Shown: positions 34,240-47,604 of the stretch, piece after piece
Layout of the letters: each line of letters opens with the position of its first letter
Position numbering within the stretch: the stretch's first letter is position 1
From: a cyanobacterium endosymbiont of Rhopalodia gibba
GTDB taxonomy: Bacteria > Cyanobacteriota > Cyanobacteriia > Cyanobacteriales > Microcystaceae
Reading direction: 5' to 3'
Length of the DNA stretch: 64,000 nt
Assembly (NCBI GenBank): GCA_045159875.1
Contig: CP067995.1
Location: forward strand, 1,536,001-1,600,000
Translations under genes and position numbers: made by a program
The notes under the pieces: model-generated
The model's input: the letters and a program-made list of their open reading frames with translations, nothing else
Database searches by the model: none
What the model was told of the DNA's origin: nothing

Positions 34240-37200
34240 TCAATTAGTAATTTTTATTCCCTCTTGGGGTAACGCTTTTTTCATCTTTCCCAACCACTCA
34301 ATCAAACTCTCTAATTGTTTTTGGGGTTTTGATAGTCCTAACCCTCTAACAGTTACTTTCTTCGGACTATAAACAAACCGCGATTGTAGATAATTTGGTA
34401 GATTTTCTTGTAACAATTTCCAAGCAGGTTCTTCCATTGGAGTCTCTAAAATGATATGTTGTTTGCCATCAGTCTTAATGCGAGAAAACCCTAAAGATTT
34501 GCCAATTTGTTTTAATTCTATTACCTGCAGTAGTTGTTTTACGGAGGCGGGAATCTCTCCATAGCAGTCTGTCCAAGCTGCCATAATTTGCTCTAAATCT
34601 TTTTTGGAATTCGCCGTTGCTACTGCTCGATAAGCATCCATTTTTTGTTGAGTATCAGCAATATAACTAGTAGGAATAAAAGCAGTTAACTGTAAATCAA
34701 CTTGAGTTTCATCAACTTGAGGTATTTCCTGACCTTGAATCTCTTTGATTGCTTCTTGTAACATTTCCATGTACAATTCAAATCCAATAGCCGTCATTTG
34801 ACCTGACTGTTCAGCTCCTAATAGGTTTCCTACTCCCCTGATTTCCATGTCACGAGTGGCTAATTGATACCCTGAGCCCAGTTGGCTAAATTCTTGTAAG
34901 GCTTTCAATCTTTTTCGGGCCGTTTCTGTTAATTCCCCTCTACTTGGATATAATAACCAAGCATGAGCTTGTATTCCAGATCTCCCAACTCTTCCTCTCA
35001 ACTGATAAAGTTGAGATAAGCCAAACTTTTGAGAATCTTCAATAATAATTGTATTAACTCTTGGGATGTCTAATCCTGATTCAATAATCGTTGTACAAAC
35101 TAAAATATCTCCCATCCCATTGTTGAATTCTAACATAGTTATTTCTAATTCATTAACATCCATTTGTCCATGAGCAACCATGATTCTCGCACTGGGAATC
35201 ATTTGTTGCAATTTTCCCGCTACTTCTTCGATTCCTTCAACTCTAGAAACAACATAGAAGATCTGTCCCCCTCGATCTAATTCGTTACGAATAGCGGTTC
35301 TAATAACATCATGATTATAACTGGATAAGTGGGTTTTGATAGAACGACGAGAGGGTGGAGGAGTAGTTATTAAACTCATTTCTCGAATACCTGACAAGGA
35401 CATATATAAGGTCCTAGGAATAGGAGTGGCAGTTAAAGTAAGAACATCAACTTGAGTTTTTAATTCTTTAATTTTTTCTTTTTGATTAACCCCAAATCGT
35501 TGTTCTTCATCAATTACTAATAATCCTAAATTTTTGAACTTAATAGTTTTTCCTAAAATCTTATGAGTTCCTACAACAACATCCAATTCTCCTGTGGCTA
35601 ACCGTTGTACAATATCCTTTTTCTCTGAAGTTGTACGGAAACGATTTAGTAGTCCAATATTAATTGGATAGGGTGCAAATCTTTCTTTTAGAGTATGATA
35701 ATGCTGTTGCGTTAGAATCGTAGTCGGTGCAAGCAATGCAACTTGTTTATGTCCACTAGTAACGGCTTTAAAAATTGCTCTGACAGCGATTTCTGTTTTA
35801 CCAAACCCCACATCTCCACAAATTAATCGATCCATAGGACGATCACTTTCTAGATCGACTTTTACATCTTGAGCTGCTTTGAGTTGATCTGGTGTCGGTT
35901 GATAGGGGAAAGAACCTTCTAATTCTTCTTGCCAAGGGGTATCAGGAGGGTAAATAAACCCTGATTGTTTAGAACGCTTAGCATAAAGATTTAATAAATC
36001 AACTGCTAATTTTCTAATCGCTTTACGAACTCTTTGTTTAGTTTTTTCCCAGGTTTTTCCTGTCATTTTATGGAGTTCTGGAGGACGATTTCCCGTTTGA
36101 CAATAGTGGGACAAACTATCCACAGAATCTGCTGGTATTCTTAATAAACCATCATAGTATTGAATAACTAAATACTCACGAGTTGCTAAGCTTTCTAGCT
36201 TTAAAAATTTACCAACTCCATGACTTTTATGGACAACATAATCTCCTGGAAGTAGTCGCTCTAAGTTGATTTGTTTAGAGGCAGCTCGACGACGTTTTCG
36301 GACATAACCTGTCGAGGACAAAACATGCTGTCCAAAAAACTCCTTATCTGTAATAACAACAACTCGAAAAGTAGGAAGAATAAACCCTGTTAATTCTGCT
36401 AAGCCTGAATACTTTAGAGCTACTGCTATCCCTTGAGTATGATATTTATCAACTCCTGGGTAATCACGAGGATTTGGAATGAATTTAGCTGGACAGTCAT
36501 GTTCTTCTAGTAAAGAAACTGTTCGAGAAGGTTGAGCAGAAACTAACCAGGTTGAATATTTATTCAGAGAAATACCACTGTAAATTTCTCGTTTTCCTCG
36601 TAATATTTCTGCTAATTTAGAGAACTGATGAGGAACACTAGGAATTGGACGACTTGATAAATCTAATGTAGTTTTATCCGTGCTTTCTGATAATTCTGAG
36701 AGATAAATAATAGGAAGTTTTTTGACTAAATTTATAGAGGTTTTAAAAGAACGATGAATCTTCGGTAAAGATGCTCCTAATTCTTGCCAGTTATCTTCTA
36801 TATATTCTAACCAACGATTGCTATGAAACTCACATTGTTCTAATTCGTCAAAAACACAAAGAGTATTGTCTTCTAAATAATCTATTAATGAAGTGGGTTT
36901 TTCAAAAGCTATTCCTAAAAAACGTCCCATTCCCTCGGGATAATTATCGTCTTCTAATGCCTCTATTTCTTCAATAGATAAATAAGTCTTTAAAGATTGA
37001 TGTCGTTGATTAAGAGTGTTGGCAATGATAGGATCAAAACTTGTAGGAGTTAGAAGAACTTGATCAAGTTTTTCTAACGAACGTTGAGTTGCTAGATCTA
37101 ATTCTCGAATTTTTTCTAATTTATCTCCAAACCATTCTAATCGAATGGGTAATTCTAAGGAAACTGGAAAAATATCAACAATATCTCCTCTTCTGCTCCA

Positions 37201-37731
37201 TTGACCCTCAGTTTCTACTAAAGAAACTCTTTCATAACCTAATTTAGTTAATGATTGATTAATTTCTTGAGATGATTGAGTTATTCCTGTTTGTAAATTT
37301 AAACAATAAGACCAAAAAATGTCAGGAGGTGGTAAATGAGGTTGTAAAACTTTTTCTGTCGTAACAATGGCTAATTTGTTACCAATAGACAATGAACTAT
37401 TTATACTTGACAAAACCTGCATTTGTCCCCAGATCATTTCTGATTCAGCGTTAAATAACTCATAAGGAGACGCTTCTGAGGTTGGATAAAAATCAACAGT
37501 TGTCCAGCCCATAATCTCTAACTGAGCCGCCCATCTTCCTGCCTCTTCTAGAGTTGCACAAACCACTAACAAACTTCGATTCTCCGCTTGTGCTAATGCT
37601 GATGCGATTAAGCCCTTAGGAAGTCGAGGAATTCCTTTTAATCCCAAATAACCTGTTTTTTTTAGTTTTTCTAATAATTCTTTAGTTAGAGGTGATTTTT
37701 GTAGGGTACGAATTAGAGAAGAAAAAGTCAT
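34240..37731 (-). CDS. mfd: Transcription-repair coupling factor
   Basis: UvrB-homology region, CarD/RID domain, [37 protein letters not shown]-terminus. Confidence 0.97.
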   Translation of the reverse strand: MTFSSLIRTLQKSPLTKELLEKLKKTGYLGLKGIPRLPKGLIASALAQAENRSLLVVCATLEEAGRWAAQLEIMGWTTVDFYPTSEASPYELFNAESEMIWGQMQVLSSINSSLSIGNKLAIVTTEKVLQPHLPPPDIFWSYCLNLQTGITQSSQEINQSLTKLGYERVSLVETEGQWSRRGDIVDIFPVSLELPIRLEWFGDKLEKIRELDLATQRSLEKLDQVLLTPTSFDPIIANTLNQRHQSLKTYLSIEEIEALEDDNYPEGMGRFLGIAFEKPTSLIDYLEDNTLCVFDELEQCEFHSNRWLEYIEDNWQELGASLPKIHRSFKTSINLVKKLPIIYLSELSESTDKTTLDLSSRPIPSVPHQFSKLAEILRGKREIYSGISLNKYSTWLVSAQPSRTVSLLEEHDCPAKFIPNPRDYPGVDKYHTQGIAVALKYSGLAELTGFILPTFRVVVITDKEFFGQHVLSSTGYVRKRRRAASKQINLERLLPGDYVVHKSHGVGKFLKLESLATREYLVIQYYDGLLRIPADSVDSLSHYCQTGNRPPELHKMTGKTWEKTKQRVRKAIRKLAVDLLNLYAKRSKQSGFIYPPDTPWQEELEGSFPYQPTPDQLKAAQDVKVDLESDRPMDRLICGDVGFGKTEIAVRAIFKAVTSGHKQVALLAPTTILTQQHYHTLKERFAPYPINIGLLNRFRTTSEKKDIVQRLATGELDVVVGTHKILGKTIKFKNLGLLVIDEEQRFGVNQKEKIKELKTQVDVLTLTATPIPRTLYMSLSGIREMSLITTPPPSRRSIKTHLSSYNHDVIRTAIRNELDRGGQIFYVVSRVEGIEEVAGKLQQMIPSARIMVAHGQMDVNELEITMLEFNNGMGDILVCTTIIESGLDIPRVNTIIIEDSQKFGLSQLYQLRGRVGRSGIQAHAWLLYPSRGELTETARKRLKALQEFSQLGSGYQLATRDMEIRGVGNLLGAEQSGQMTAIGFELYMEMLQEAIKEIQGQEIPQVDETQVDLQLTAFIPTSYIADTQQKMDAYRAVATANSKKDLEQIMAAWTDCYGEIPASVKQLLQVIELKQIGKSLGFSRIKTDGKQHIILETPMEEPAWKLLQENLPNYLQSRFVYSPKKVTVRGLGLSKPQKQLESLIEWLGKMKKALPQEGIKITN

Positions 37732-38679
37732 AATTATATTGACAAATCTATTTTATTTTTTTTTTTTAAAATAAATAAAGATAATTTTGAGACAATCAAA
37801 ATCTTTTCAGACAGCTATTGTAACATACTTTATCATCGACTGTTTTATTTGTATAAAAATAGCTTTTTTAAACTTAAGATGTAGCTTTAAATAAACGTTA
37901 AAAACTCAAATTATTTTATGTCTCAATGTGGAACTATTTTAACTAAAATGAAGTATCTTCTAAACACCTAAAAAATCTCATATTTAAATATTTTTTTATA
38001 AATTTTATTAATTTTTATAGTCACTATTTTTTCTATTTTATATTTAGTTTTGTCCTCTAAGTTGTTAGCAAATCTAGAATAGATATATTTTTTTCTTATT
38101 GTTTCAATTTTAGTTGAACTAAACTACTTATATGCACTGAGTTATCACCAAGAACGATTACCGTATTTATCTCTTTATTTATGTTTTATTTTTAGAATTT
38201 ATCTATTGATATATCTAAAATTTTTAGCTTTTCTACCTTATTTTTTCGAAAAAAAATAAATCTTTATATTTAATCGTATTACTTTTAATTTTCAACTATT
38301 TTAAAAAAATACCGATCCTTATAAAAGTTAATTTTTATTTTTAACATGTATGCAATTATTATGCTTCTTAAATAATTCGTATATAAATTCTTCTCATTAT
38401 ATGTTTAATAGTTGTATCAAACTTTCAAATCATTTAAATTACGATCTTCTTGTATTTAAATACAAAATCTATACTCTTGTTCTTGATTCTACATAAATTT
38501 CTTAAATTGTAAGTTAACTTCAATAGTTTTTGTTATTATGATGTCATAAGTTTAATTTTTAAGCAGATTACTATCTAATTTTTAATTCTGATCTTGACTC
38601 ATTGAAGTTTACCTATTTGCACAATTCAAAATCGACATAAAACTTAGATCAAAAAAGTAATATAATAACTTTTGATAAT

Positions 38680-40000
38680 TTTTTATATTTAAAAATCCGA
38701 TAACTCTATTGGGTACATTAAAGTAATTTACTTACAGTGTAATTACAAATATTTTTAATCTGTCAAGGATACCAAAAATTAGCTGATACAATTAGTTTTG
38801 CTTCTGTATTCAATTAATCATTAATATTCTATTCTCCTAACTCATTAGTTACTTCAGACTATAACATATTACAAGCCTCTCTACTGCCATAAAACAAAGC
38901 TATCTTAATGAGTTTTTCTATATTATTTCTAGTATTTATTTTTATAATTATCCTGGTCGTAAACTAATTTGTTAACTATGTAAATGTAATAAATAATAAG
39001 TATTCTGATTGACTATAATTGATTCATCCTTAATTCAAGAGATAAATTAACAGTTCACTACACTTCAGCTAGTAATTTCTGAGTATACCTGAATTTTTTG
39101 AAAAATACTTCAGATTATCTGCCAAGACATAATTATTTTTACAAAAGATGAACTACATCCTGCAGTACTGATAATAATATAGTCAACATCAGTTCCTTCA
39201 GAATTATCGATCATCTATTTAACTAATGCTTCTGTTTGTTTTTCTCATCCATGATTTTCTAGCAGTTCTGCAGAACATCATCTGGTTTAAAAAATAAATA
39301 CTTCACATACATTTGTTGTTAAAATTTTTACTATGTTTTAATAAACAAGGAAACAGATAGCCTTTACAAAAAACATAAAATCATCACTACTTGATATCGT
39401 CATTTTTTTCAATCGCAGCAACTTGTGAGATTTATTCACTCATATTTGTCAAAATACGTTTAAGACAAACTATTAAACTCTATCTCCTTTCCTATACCTA
39501 ATTCTTGGACAACAGAAGTCTTTCCGACTTCTACCGGGACTATAAATAGTCCTAATTCGAGTAAGGTTTGGTTTATCTTATGCGTAATGGTTTTATCTAC
39601 AGTTATTCCTAAGATTCCCGATGTGTAAGGGGAAGGATAGGTCTTAAATGTAACTTGACAAATAACTTTTAATATAAAACGATATTCTACGAACAACTTC
39701 ATTAAGTCATATTCTGCCACTTTTTTAAAAATTCTTTCCCATAAATGCACAAAAGACAGTCTTAGGTTTCAATATTTGATTTACTCGTAATTTTATTTCC
39801 CACTTTTCGTATCTACTGTGGTCATAACCTCATAAATGGTGACGTCATTGAGATAAATAGTAGGGTCTATCGGTAGAAATTAATTAACCTGTATAAGATA
39901 AATTCTGCTTCTATAGTTGCTATAAAACCTCCTACCGCACCGTCAATAATGAAGTTCAGATTTTGGATATTCATAACTAGTCTTGAGGATAATACTAAGC
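38680..40000 (-). pseudogene. glcF: Glycolate oxidase iron-sulfur subunit GlcF pseudogene
   Basis: SRIYLI; VKILTTNVCEV..CSAELLENHG..QTEALVK*MID..DVDYII; GSREACNML*SEVTNELGE..LNTEAKLIVSAN; LMYPIEL; collinear with cyanobacterial GlcF as recalled. Confidence 0.8.
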
Positions 40001-40350
40001 TACCCTAAGACTGGTTTAGCACTATTTCTCCATAGAAGAATAGACCATTGGACTTCTTGAGTACACTGGATAATCTCGGACAGAGTTTTTAAATTAGGGG
40101 AAAGTCAGATGATTAGAATAAATATTAAAACCCACAAAGTTGTCAACTAAATTCTTCTAATATAAATCCAGAGGATTTTAAAAAATAACTGCATTATGGG
40201 AGTTAACTAAAAATTAGAATTGTATAGTGATCAAATAAATCATTGAGGAAAAAATAGTCTCCACTCCATTCTAGTGTACTTAATTTTTTTAGTAAAATTC
40301 CCATCGTAACGCGGCATAGTGCTGGTGTTTCACTTACAATGTAAGAGCCT

Positions 40351-40668
40351 TTAATCTAAAGGTAACTCACTCCATTCTGCACAAAAGTTGTCCCAACACA
40401 ATACCTTTTCTTTTCCTGGAAACCAGTCTACTTGGTCGACTCTGAACCATTGTTGCGTCAGATGACTCCAAAGTTCAATGCCTTCTCCATTATTTCGATA
40501 ATAATATCTTTGACCGCTACGAGCCACGATTTCCCAGGTTATACCATTTTCTGGATGATCAAACTCTATGCTTAGAGTACAATTTTCAGGAGATGATAGT
40601 TTATCTCCTTGACGTTGATAACAAATAGTTTGATAATTTTGCAGGCTGGATTCTCCTAGATTAACCAT
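40351..40668 (-). CDS. Conserved hypothetical protein
   Basis: Intact Trp/Cys-containing ORF with gene-like composition directly after the KH gene. Confidence 0.6.
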   Translation of the reverse strand: MVNLGESSLQNYQTICYQRQGDKLSSPENCTLSIEFDHPENGITWEIVARSGQRYYYRNNGEGIELWSHLTQQWFRVDQVDWFPGKEKVLCWDNFCAEWSELPLD

Positions 40669-40740
40669 AAAAACAATACTCAGTGATTATTGTGGAAGTG
40701 GGGAAATGTTAGGAGGGTTTTTTACTCTCCCAAACTTCTC

Positions 40741-41157
40741 CTACTGTTCCCAATGAGATTTTACAGAAAGTCTTGGCAAAGGAGGAGGATAAGTCCTGGT
40801 TTTTTTACGCACAAATTTACGTTCGGGTCTGTAACTCGTTCGATAGCTAGAGCGAGAATTTTCTCCTGGAATATCATAAATATCAAGGTATAAAGATTGA
40901 CCAGCAGCAGTAGCAGCTACTTGTAGGACCACACGAATAGCCTGGAGATTGCAGCCACTTCTTCCAAAAATTTGTCCTTTATCATTACCTTCAAAGGCTA
41001 AACGAATCCAAACTCGTTGATTCTTATTAACCTGTTCACAATCTACACTTAGAGAATCGGGCGATTCTAACAAAGGTTCTACCAAAAACTCTACTAAACC
41101 CAAATAATCTGGGCTAGCAGGATTTGATGAATTAGACCAAGAATTAGGTTGGAGCAT
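40741..41157 (-). CDS. KH domain RNA-binding protein (KhpA-like)
   Basis: [32 protein letters not shown]; follows rpsP; start at 41157 or TTG 41169. Confidence 0.88.
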   Translation of the reverse strand: MLQPNSWSNSSNPASPDYLGLVEFLVEPLLESPDSLSVDCEQVNKNQRVWIRLAFEGNDKGQIFGRSGCNLQAIRVVLQVAATAAGQSLYLDIYDIPGENSRSSYRTSYRPERKFVRKKTRTYPPPLPRLSVKSHWEQ

Positions 41158-41398
41158 TGACTTGTTCAAATACTTGCGCTTTCTGAAGAATACTACGAAC
41201 GGTATCAGTAGGTTGGGCTCCCTCTTGAAGTCTTTTAACAATCCCTGGAACATTTAAGTGGGTTTCGTCGGTTCTGGGGTTGTAAAATCCTAATTCTTCT
41301 AAAGGACGACCATCACGACGACTGTTATTATTCATAGCGACAATTCTATAACTGGCTTCACGCTTTTTGCCGTACCGTTTTAAGCGTAGTTTGATCAT
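41144..41398 (-). CDS. rpsP: 30S ribosomal protein S16
   Basis: [39 protein letters not shown]. Confidence 0.98.
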   Translation of the reverse strand: MIKLRLKRYGKKREASYRIVAMNNNSRRDGRPLEELGFYNPRTDETHLNVPGIVKRLQEGAQPTDTVRSILQKAQVFEQVNAPT

Positions 41399-43028
41399 AT
41401 TAGTTACTGAGACTCCTTAACTCATTGATAATTTTTAATCACTGTTTGGTGAGAGATTGACTTTTAGCTCAAAAATTGACTAAGTCATTTCCGAACTTAC
41501 AATTGTACCATTTTACTCTCAACTTCAGTAAATTGTTAGAATCGTTATTGTATTTAGACTCAATTGATATATGCAAAGAATAGTTAAATGCGAATATTAC
41601 CTATTTTTTGGGTATTTATTCCAATCTTTCAGTCTTATGACAAGAGCTTGGAGTTGGTCAATCACAAAATTTTATTGCCAGCATTGAGTTTAATTACCGT
41701 TACTAGCATTTTATCCTAAACCTAAGAATTTAAACTTTATGAGCGTAACATTTAAGACATAACCGAAGAAAAATGGGATTGGGCACAACTTATCGTTTCC
41801 TAAGCGATGCTCATGCATAAATTAAATTTATTTTGACAGATTTAAGAAGTTATACGACGAGATAAAGCTATTGCTGTAGAAGATTTTTACCCCACATCAG
41901 TCCCTTTAAAAGCTCAAAAAGTGCATGCAAACTTCTTGGTTTTAGGGAAAGAAAAATTGTTTCTTCTTCTGGCTGTCAAAGTATTAGGATACGGAAAGAC
42001 TGGAGGAGTAGTTCCTATAACTGAAAAGCCTAGTGTTACTATGATCTCTATTTCTCGCTACGATTTACTGGAGTTCATATATCTATACATCGATTCAGTT
42101 TTTATAAAAGTTTCCTTTTCATTGCTAATTTGCTTACATCATTGTTCTCTATAAACGCAAACCTCACATTAAAACTATTAGCTAAATTTTATGATAGTCA
42201 ATGGTTTTTTAAATCAAAAAAAACAATATTACATTTTTACTTAAACAATTAATAATTTTAAAAAAATAACATCTACATTCTTTTGGGTTTAATACAGAAG
42301 TGCCTGTTGATTTCTAGCAGAATATTAATTTTATTAAATTAATATTTTAGTTTAATTTTGGTATTTTTTTCTTAAACTTTAAAATTACCAATAAAGAGAA
42401 CTTAAAACTAACAAAAAAGTTTAAAATACACGTATTTGTGTGACTGATACTGCAATACCTTGATTAATACCAGTTAATTTTTAATAGCTGTTTTTTCTGC
42501 AGTTTTTATAAAAAAATAGGCAGCTCTATGTATTATTCGGCTTGTGGAAGATACGGCAATTTCTATCTGTCATGTTTGGTATGTCACAAGCTCTTCCCTA
42601 TACTGTTGTATGGCATTTTGAGAAAAAAAGAATGACTGTAGGTTTACACTAAAAAGACATTAATCAATGTACCTTAATGAACTTTATTCCCAGTCATCTT
42701 ACCGGAAAAATTCTTCAAGAGTGGATTGAAGCTTTATAGATTTTGCTCAAATGAAGGAATCTTCTTAGAACATGCCTATGATTGTTTTCTGAAAATGAAT
42801 GTTTCTCAGTGTCATCTCTCCTTAAAGTTACTTAGTTGGCTTCATTTACACGATTCAGTGATTATTGTTTGGTAATAAGAATTTAAATGAAAACTCTATT
42901 GACAGTCTCAGCATTTTTTCTTTAAAAAAGAAATTTAAATAAAATTAAATAACAGTTGTAAAAGCTTACGACTAGAAAAGTATAACAATCGTTAATGAAG
43001 ATTAATGATTTGGCGTTAATAATTGATA

Positions 43029-43053
43029 GTAAGGCGGGCACCACCCACCTTAC
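43029..43053. repeat. REP-like hairpin after ndhD
   Basis: GTAAGGCGGGCACCACCCACCTTAC; related copy at 61374-61398. Confidence 0.7.
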
Positions 43054-43059
43054 CTAAGG

Positions 43060-44649
43060 TTACTTAATTGCAGGAGCTTTTAAAGACATTTGTTGAGTGA
43101 AAGAGATCTGCACTTCCTTAACTCCTTCTCTTAAAGTTGGCACTGAATCACGTAATACTGCGGTGAGTTGGTTAATACTAGAATCGTAAATCTGGGTGAC
43201 AATTTTCGGATACAAACCAATACCAATGATAGGAATTAATAAACACCCTATAATAAATACTTCTCTCGGTTCAGCATCAATTAATTTGGTGTGGGAGGTT
43301 AATTCTTCATTTTCAGGTCCATAAAGCATTTCCCGCAACATTGACAAGAGATAAATGGGGGTTAAAATTACCCCAACAGCAGCTAAACAAACTACAACTA
43401 CCTTAAATGTTGGACTGTAGGCATCACTGGTTGCAAACCCTACAAAAACCATTAATTCTGCGACAAACCCACTCATTCCAGGTAATGCCAAAGAAGCCAT
43501 TGAACAAGTGGTCCACATGGCAAAGACTTTCTTCATCTTTTGTCCTATCCCTCCCATTTCATCTAGCATCAGGGTATGGGTGCGATCATAAGTACAACCT
43601 ACCATAAAGAAAAGACTCGCTCCAATTAACCCGTGGGAAATCATTTGTAACATTGCCCCACTGGTCCCTAATGAAGTAAACGAGGCTATTCCAATTAGGA
43701 CAAACCCCATGTGAGAAATTGAAGAATAGGCAATCTTTCTTTTTAGGTTTCGTTGAGCAAAAGAGGTTAGAGCAGCATAAACAATATTTACAACTCCTAA
43801 AATTACTAACATGGGAGCAAAAAAAGCATGGGCATCCGGTAACATCTGTGCATTCATTCGCAGCAGTGCATATCCTCCCATTTTTAAGAGAATCCCTGCT
43901 AGTAACATGTGGGCAGGTGCAGTGGCTTCTCCGTGGGCATCCGGTAGCCAAGTATGAAGAGGAAAAATGGGTAATTTAACACCATAGGCAAGAAGAAAAC
44001 CTCCATAAAGCAATAATTGCAGTTTTAAAGGAAAATCTTTACTCGCAATCGTCGTCATGTCAAACGTGATATTGCCACCATAGAATGCCATGCTTAAAGC
44101 GGCTACTAAGATAAATAATGATCCCACTGCAGTGTAGAGAATAAACTTAGTCGCTGCATAAAGACGGCGTTTTCCTCCCCAAATAGATAGGATAAGATAG
44201 ACAGGGACTAATTCTAATTCCCAGACAAGAAAGAAAAGTAACATGTCTTGTACTGCAAAAACAGCGATCTGTCCCCCATACATCAACAACATCAGGAAAT
44301 AGAACAACTTTGGCTTAAATGTCACTGGCCAAGCAGCCATCGTAGCTAAGGTGGTGATAAACCCCGTTAGCAAAATTAGGGGCATGGATAGTCCATCAGC
44401 CCCCACTGACCAATTTAAGTCTAGTTGAGGAACCCACGAATAGCTTTCAAATAATTGAAGGTCGGGATTGCTTAGATCATATCCAGTATAGAAAGCATAA
44501 ACAATTACTGAAAAATTGATGAGTCCAATAGTCAAAGCATACCATTTGACTGTTTTGCCGTCCTTATCAGGAATTATAGGAATAAACAAGGCAGCAATAA
44601 TTGGAAAGAGAATTATGGTAGTTAACCAGGGAAAATTGGCAATATCCAT
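43060..44649 (-). CDS. ndhD: NAD(P)H-quinone oxidoreductase subunit 4 (NdhD1-type)
   Basis: [53 protein letters not shown]. Confidence 0.95.
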   Translation of the reverse strand: MDIANFPWLTTIILFPIIAALFIPIIPDKDGKTVKWYALTIGLINFSVIVYAFYTGYDLSNPDLQLFESYSWVPQLDLNWSVGADGLSMPLILLTGFITTLATMAAWPVTFKPKLFYFLMLLMYGGQIAVFAVQDMLLFFLVWELELVPVYLILSIWGGKRRLYAATKFILYTAVGSLFILVAALSMAFYGGNITFDMTTIASKDFPLKLQLLLYGGFLLAYGVKLPIFPLHTWLPDAHGEATAPAHMLLAGILLKMGGYALLRMNAQMLPDAHAFFAPMLVILGVVNIVYAALTSFAQRNLKRKIAYSSISHMGFVLIGIASFTSLGTSGAMLQMISHGLIGASLFFMVGCTYDRTHTLMLDEMGGIGQKMKKVFAMWTTCSMASLALPGMSGFVAELMVFVGFATSDAYSPTFKVVVVCLAAVGVILTPIYLLSMLREMLYGPENEELTSHTKLIDAEPREVFIIGCLLIPIIGIGLYPKIVTQIYDSSINQLTAVLRDSVPTLREGVKEVQISFTQQMSLKAPAIK

Positions 44650-44692
44650 TGCGATTATCTAATGTACTGAGTGACACTTGGAGTTTGGTTAA

Positions 44693-44742
44693 ACAGTTAT
44701 TCAGTTCTTTGTTATCAGTGTTTTCACTGTTGACTGTTCACT
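44693..44742. repeat. Eroded heptamer (STRR-like) repeats
   Basis: CAGTTAT/GTTATCAGT followed by inverted CACTGTT-GACTGTT-CACT units. Confidence 0.45.
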
Positions 44743-44952
44743 AGTTTAATGTCTCCAAAAAAATACCCGCTACATTTTAACGATTTTCTCTTTAGGCTTT
44801 TAAAAATAGATCTCATATCTTAATCTTTGGACAAGTTCGGTTTTGGATAAGTTCGGTGGAATGATTTCGATATATAAAAGTTATTGCTTACACGACAGGT
44901 TTTATAATCAATAACTTATTATGATTAAGTAATAAAAGAAATAAGTTAGCAA

Positions 44953-45804
44953 CTAAGAATAAATTAACCAAGCAAATTTACCTACACCAAATTTAAAGTA
45001 AAAAAACAGTACAAAAATTAATAAGAGAATTAACAAACTAATTGTTATATAATCTATTTGAGTAAGTAATGATTTATGCAAATAAGTACGATTAGAGCTG
45101 CCAGAAAATGCCTTGGACTGAAGAATTACTTCCAACTTCTGAGACTTAGCCATCGCGTTGAGAATTAGGGTAACTGCAACGGCTGAATACACTTTAATTT
45201 TTGAGATTAATCCAAGTTTTTCTATAGCTAATCCACGTAATTTCTGGGCTTCAATAATAGTTTCAATCTCTCCTAGTAGAAGAGGAAAAAAACGCAATGT
45301 AGAGGAGAAAATAAAAACAATTTTATAAGGTATTTTTGCTCTTGCCATACCTACTACCATTTGGTTGATATCAGTAGTGAAAATAGCTAAAGGGATAATT
45401 AAAATCATTGTTAAAGTTTTAAAGATAATACTTAGAGCATAGATAATCCCTTCTCGATTTATAGAAGCTCCTCCAATCCACCAATAAGTTTGAGGGATAC
45501 TAAAAATAGGTGTTAAAGTATTTCTGTTAATTAAAGTTTCAACTTGGTCAACGTTAAAAAAACCCATAGTTATTAAGAGAAAAATATAAAAAGGAAACAT
45601 TACTTTTAGAACCAGTCTAAAATAGCCTAAGCTAATACCAGCTAATAAACAAGCAAAAGCAACAGATAAAGCAAGAATTCCTCCAGTAATAGGACTGTCC
45701 CAGATAAAAGCAATTAGAGTGATTATGACAATCATCACTAGTTTAGTTCGAAAATCTAAACGATTGAAAAAGGTATCGTGTTCAACAGATTCAAATTTAA
45801 ACAT
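44953..45804 (-). CDS. ECF transporter transmembrane component EcfT
   Basis: LDFRTKL, LRFFPLL, AQKLRG, LQSKAF; TM helices. Confidence 0.9.
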   Translation of the reverse strand: MFKFESVEHDTFFNRLDFRTKLVMIVIITLIAFIWDSPITGGILALSVAFACLLAGISLGYFRLVLKVMFPFYIFLLITMGFFNVDQVETLINRNTLTPIFSIPQTYWWIGGASINREGIIYALSIIFKTLTMILIIPLAIFTTDINQMVVGMARAKIPYKIVFIFSSTLRFFPLLLGEIETIIEAQKLRGLAIEKLGLISKIKVYSAVAVTLILNAMAKSQKLEVILQSKAFSGSSNRTYLHKSLLTQIDYITISLLILLLIFVLFFYFKFGVGKFAWLIYS

Positions 45805-45832
45805 AGGATTATTATTGATAATTGATAATAGC

Positions 45833-47542
45833 TTAAAAACAGTTAGTTAATTCAATAGGAGTTAATACACGATAATTTTGTTCTGAAAATTGACTAAGAG
45901 TTTTCCCTAAAAAAACGACTTGGGGAGGAGTGAGATAAGTAGACTTTAGTAAGTTGATTTCATAATAAGCTTCACGAATAGGAGCATCCAGTAAAATAGT
46001 TCCTTTACCCATTATAATTGCGCGTTGAGCGTAGTCTGGCATTAAATATAAATGATGGGTAATAACAATAACAGTTTTTCCCATTTTGTGTAGCTGACGA
46101 CTCATTTCTAAAATAGCAAGAGAACCATGATAATCTTGACCAGTTGTCGGTTCATCAAGAATAATGATATTAGGTTCCATCGCCAAAATAGCAGCAATTA
46201 CAATTCGAGCGCGATCGCCCTTTGGCAGGGATAAAGGATGGACATGGCGATATTTTAACAAGCCCATTATTTCTAAACTTTTATTAACCTCTTTGTTAAT
46301 TTTCTTAGAAGAATAGTTTAGATTTTCCAAGGCAAATGAAACTTCTTTTTCTACTGTCATATTAAAGATTTGGTTGTCTGGATTTTGCCCGACGTAGCCA
46401 ATAAAACAAGACAATTCACTAACAGAAAAATTTCTAATATCTTGCTCACGTATTTTAACAATTCCTTCGGAAGGAGATAACAGATTTAAAAAATGTTTAA
46501 CTAAAGTACTTTTTCCTGCTCCATTTTGACCCGCAATTAATACATATTCTCCTTGATAAATATCTAACGAAACTTGGTGTAAAGCTTTTGTTCCATCCTT
46601 ATAAATATAAGTTAAATTTTCAGTTGAAAGAACTAATTTTTCTCTATCTTGAGCGTAGGTGTTAGGCAGAGTGAATGATGGCGCAATAGGCCAATTCTTT
46701 TGTATCTGTTTGAGAGCGGAAAGTCCTTCATCAAGTGTGGTAGGAATTCGAGGAACTGTAATTCCTTTTTGACTAATGTGGTAGAAAGTTTGAGCAACTT
46801 CGGGGGGACGTAAATTTTGAGCTTGAAGGAGTTCAATTTCTGAGTAAATTTGTTCAGGAGAACCGATGCTTAACAATTTCCCCTCTGATAGTATGGCAAT
46901 GCGATCACTAAATTCAGCCATCTCTTCTGCAGCATGGGACACCATAATAATGGTGACTCCTAATTCCCGGTTTAATTCCTTGACAATAGCAAACACTTCT
47001 TGGGAACCAATGGGATCTAATTGAGAGGTGGGTTCATCGAGGATCAATAACCTAGGTTGTAAGGCCAAGGCTGCGGCGATTGCTAACCTCTGTTTTTGTC
47101 CCCCTGACAATTCTTGAGGATGTTTCTCTTGAGTTCCTTCAAGTCGAACCGCGGCTAACACCCGGGGAATACGAGTAATAATTTCATCAGGTTCCACAAG
47201 GAGATTTTCTAAGGCAAAGGCGATTTCATTTTCTACCGAAGTTGACAGTAGTTGAGTTTCAGGATCTTCAAAAACTGCTCCCACATACTGCGCTAAGGTA
47301 CTGACTGTTTGTTCTATGGTATCAAGTCCCCCGACGGTAACGTAACCAAAAAAACGACCCCCATAAAATTGGGGAACAATCCCATTAAGAGTTAAACAAA
47401 GAGTAGTTTTTCCGGCACCAGTTGGACCAATAATGCCCAGAAATTCCCCTTGAACAATATCTAATGAAATATTTTCAAGGACTGGTTTGGAGCAATTGGG
47501 ATAAAGATAAGAGACATTTTCTAAACTAGCAATCACATCCAT
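45833..47542 (-). CDS. ECF transporter fused double ATPase (EcfA-A')
   Basis: Two Walker A motifs (GPTGAGKT, GQNGAGKS), LSGGQKQR, two LDEPT; ATG at 47542. Confidence 0.92.
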   Translation of the reverse strand: MDVIASLENVSYLYPNCSKPVLENISLDIVQGEFLGIIGPTGAGKTTLCLTLNGIVPQFYGGRFFGYVTVGGLDTIEQTVSTLAQYVGAVFEDPETQLLSTSVENEIAFALENLLVEPDEIITRIPRVLAAVRLEGTQEKHPQELSGGQKQRLAIAAALALQPRLLILDEPTSQLDPIGSQEVFAIVKELNRELGVTIIMVSHAAEEMAEFSDRIAILSEGKLLSIGSPEQIYSEIELLQAQNLRPPEVAQTFYHISQKGITVPRIPTTLDEGLSALKQIQKNWPIAPSFTLPNTYAQDREKLVLSTENLTYIYKDGTKALHQVSLDIYQGEYVLIAGQNGAGKSTLVKHFLNLLSPSEGIVKIREQDIRNFSVSELSCFIGYVGQNPDNQIFNMTVEKEVSFALENLNYSSKKINKEVNKSLEIMGLLKYRHVHPLSLPKGDRARIVIAAILAMEPNIIILDEPTTGQDYHGSLAILEMSRQLHKMGKTVIVITHHLYLMPDYAQRAIIMGKGTILLDAPIREAYYEINLLKSTYLTPPQVVFLGKTLSQFSEQNYRVLTPIELTNCF

Positions 47543-47604
47543 AATTATTTCGATAAAATAGACAAACAAAGGAAAATATATTTACTTCTGCTTTTTACCT
47601 TCGA

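Noticed and set aside
39460..39750. 96-aa minus-strand ORF
   Set aside because: Open stretch within the glcF pseudogene.
13507..46836. Short ORFs overlapping the ArnT gene, ctpC, ftsQ, ftsZ, mfd, the KH gene, ndhD and ecfA
   Set aside because: Antisense or alternate-frame shadows of well-supported genes, with no motifs.
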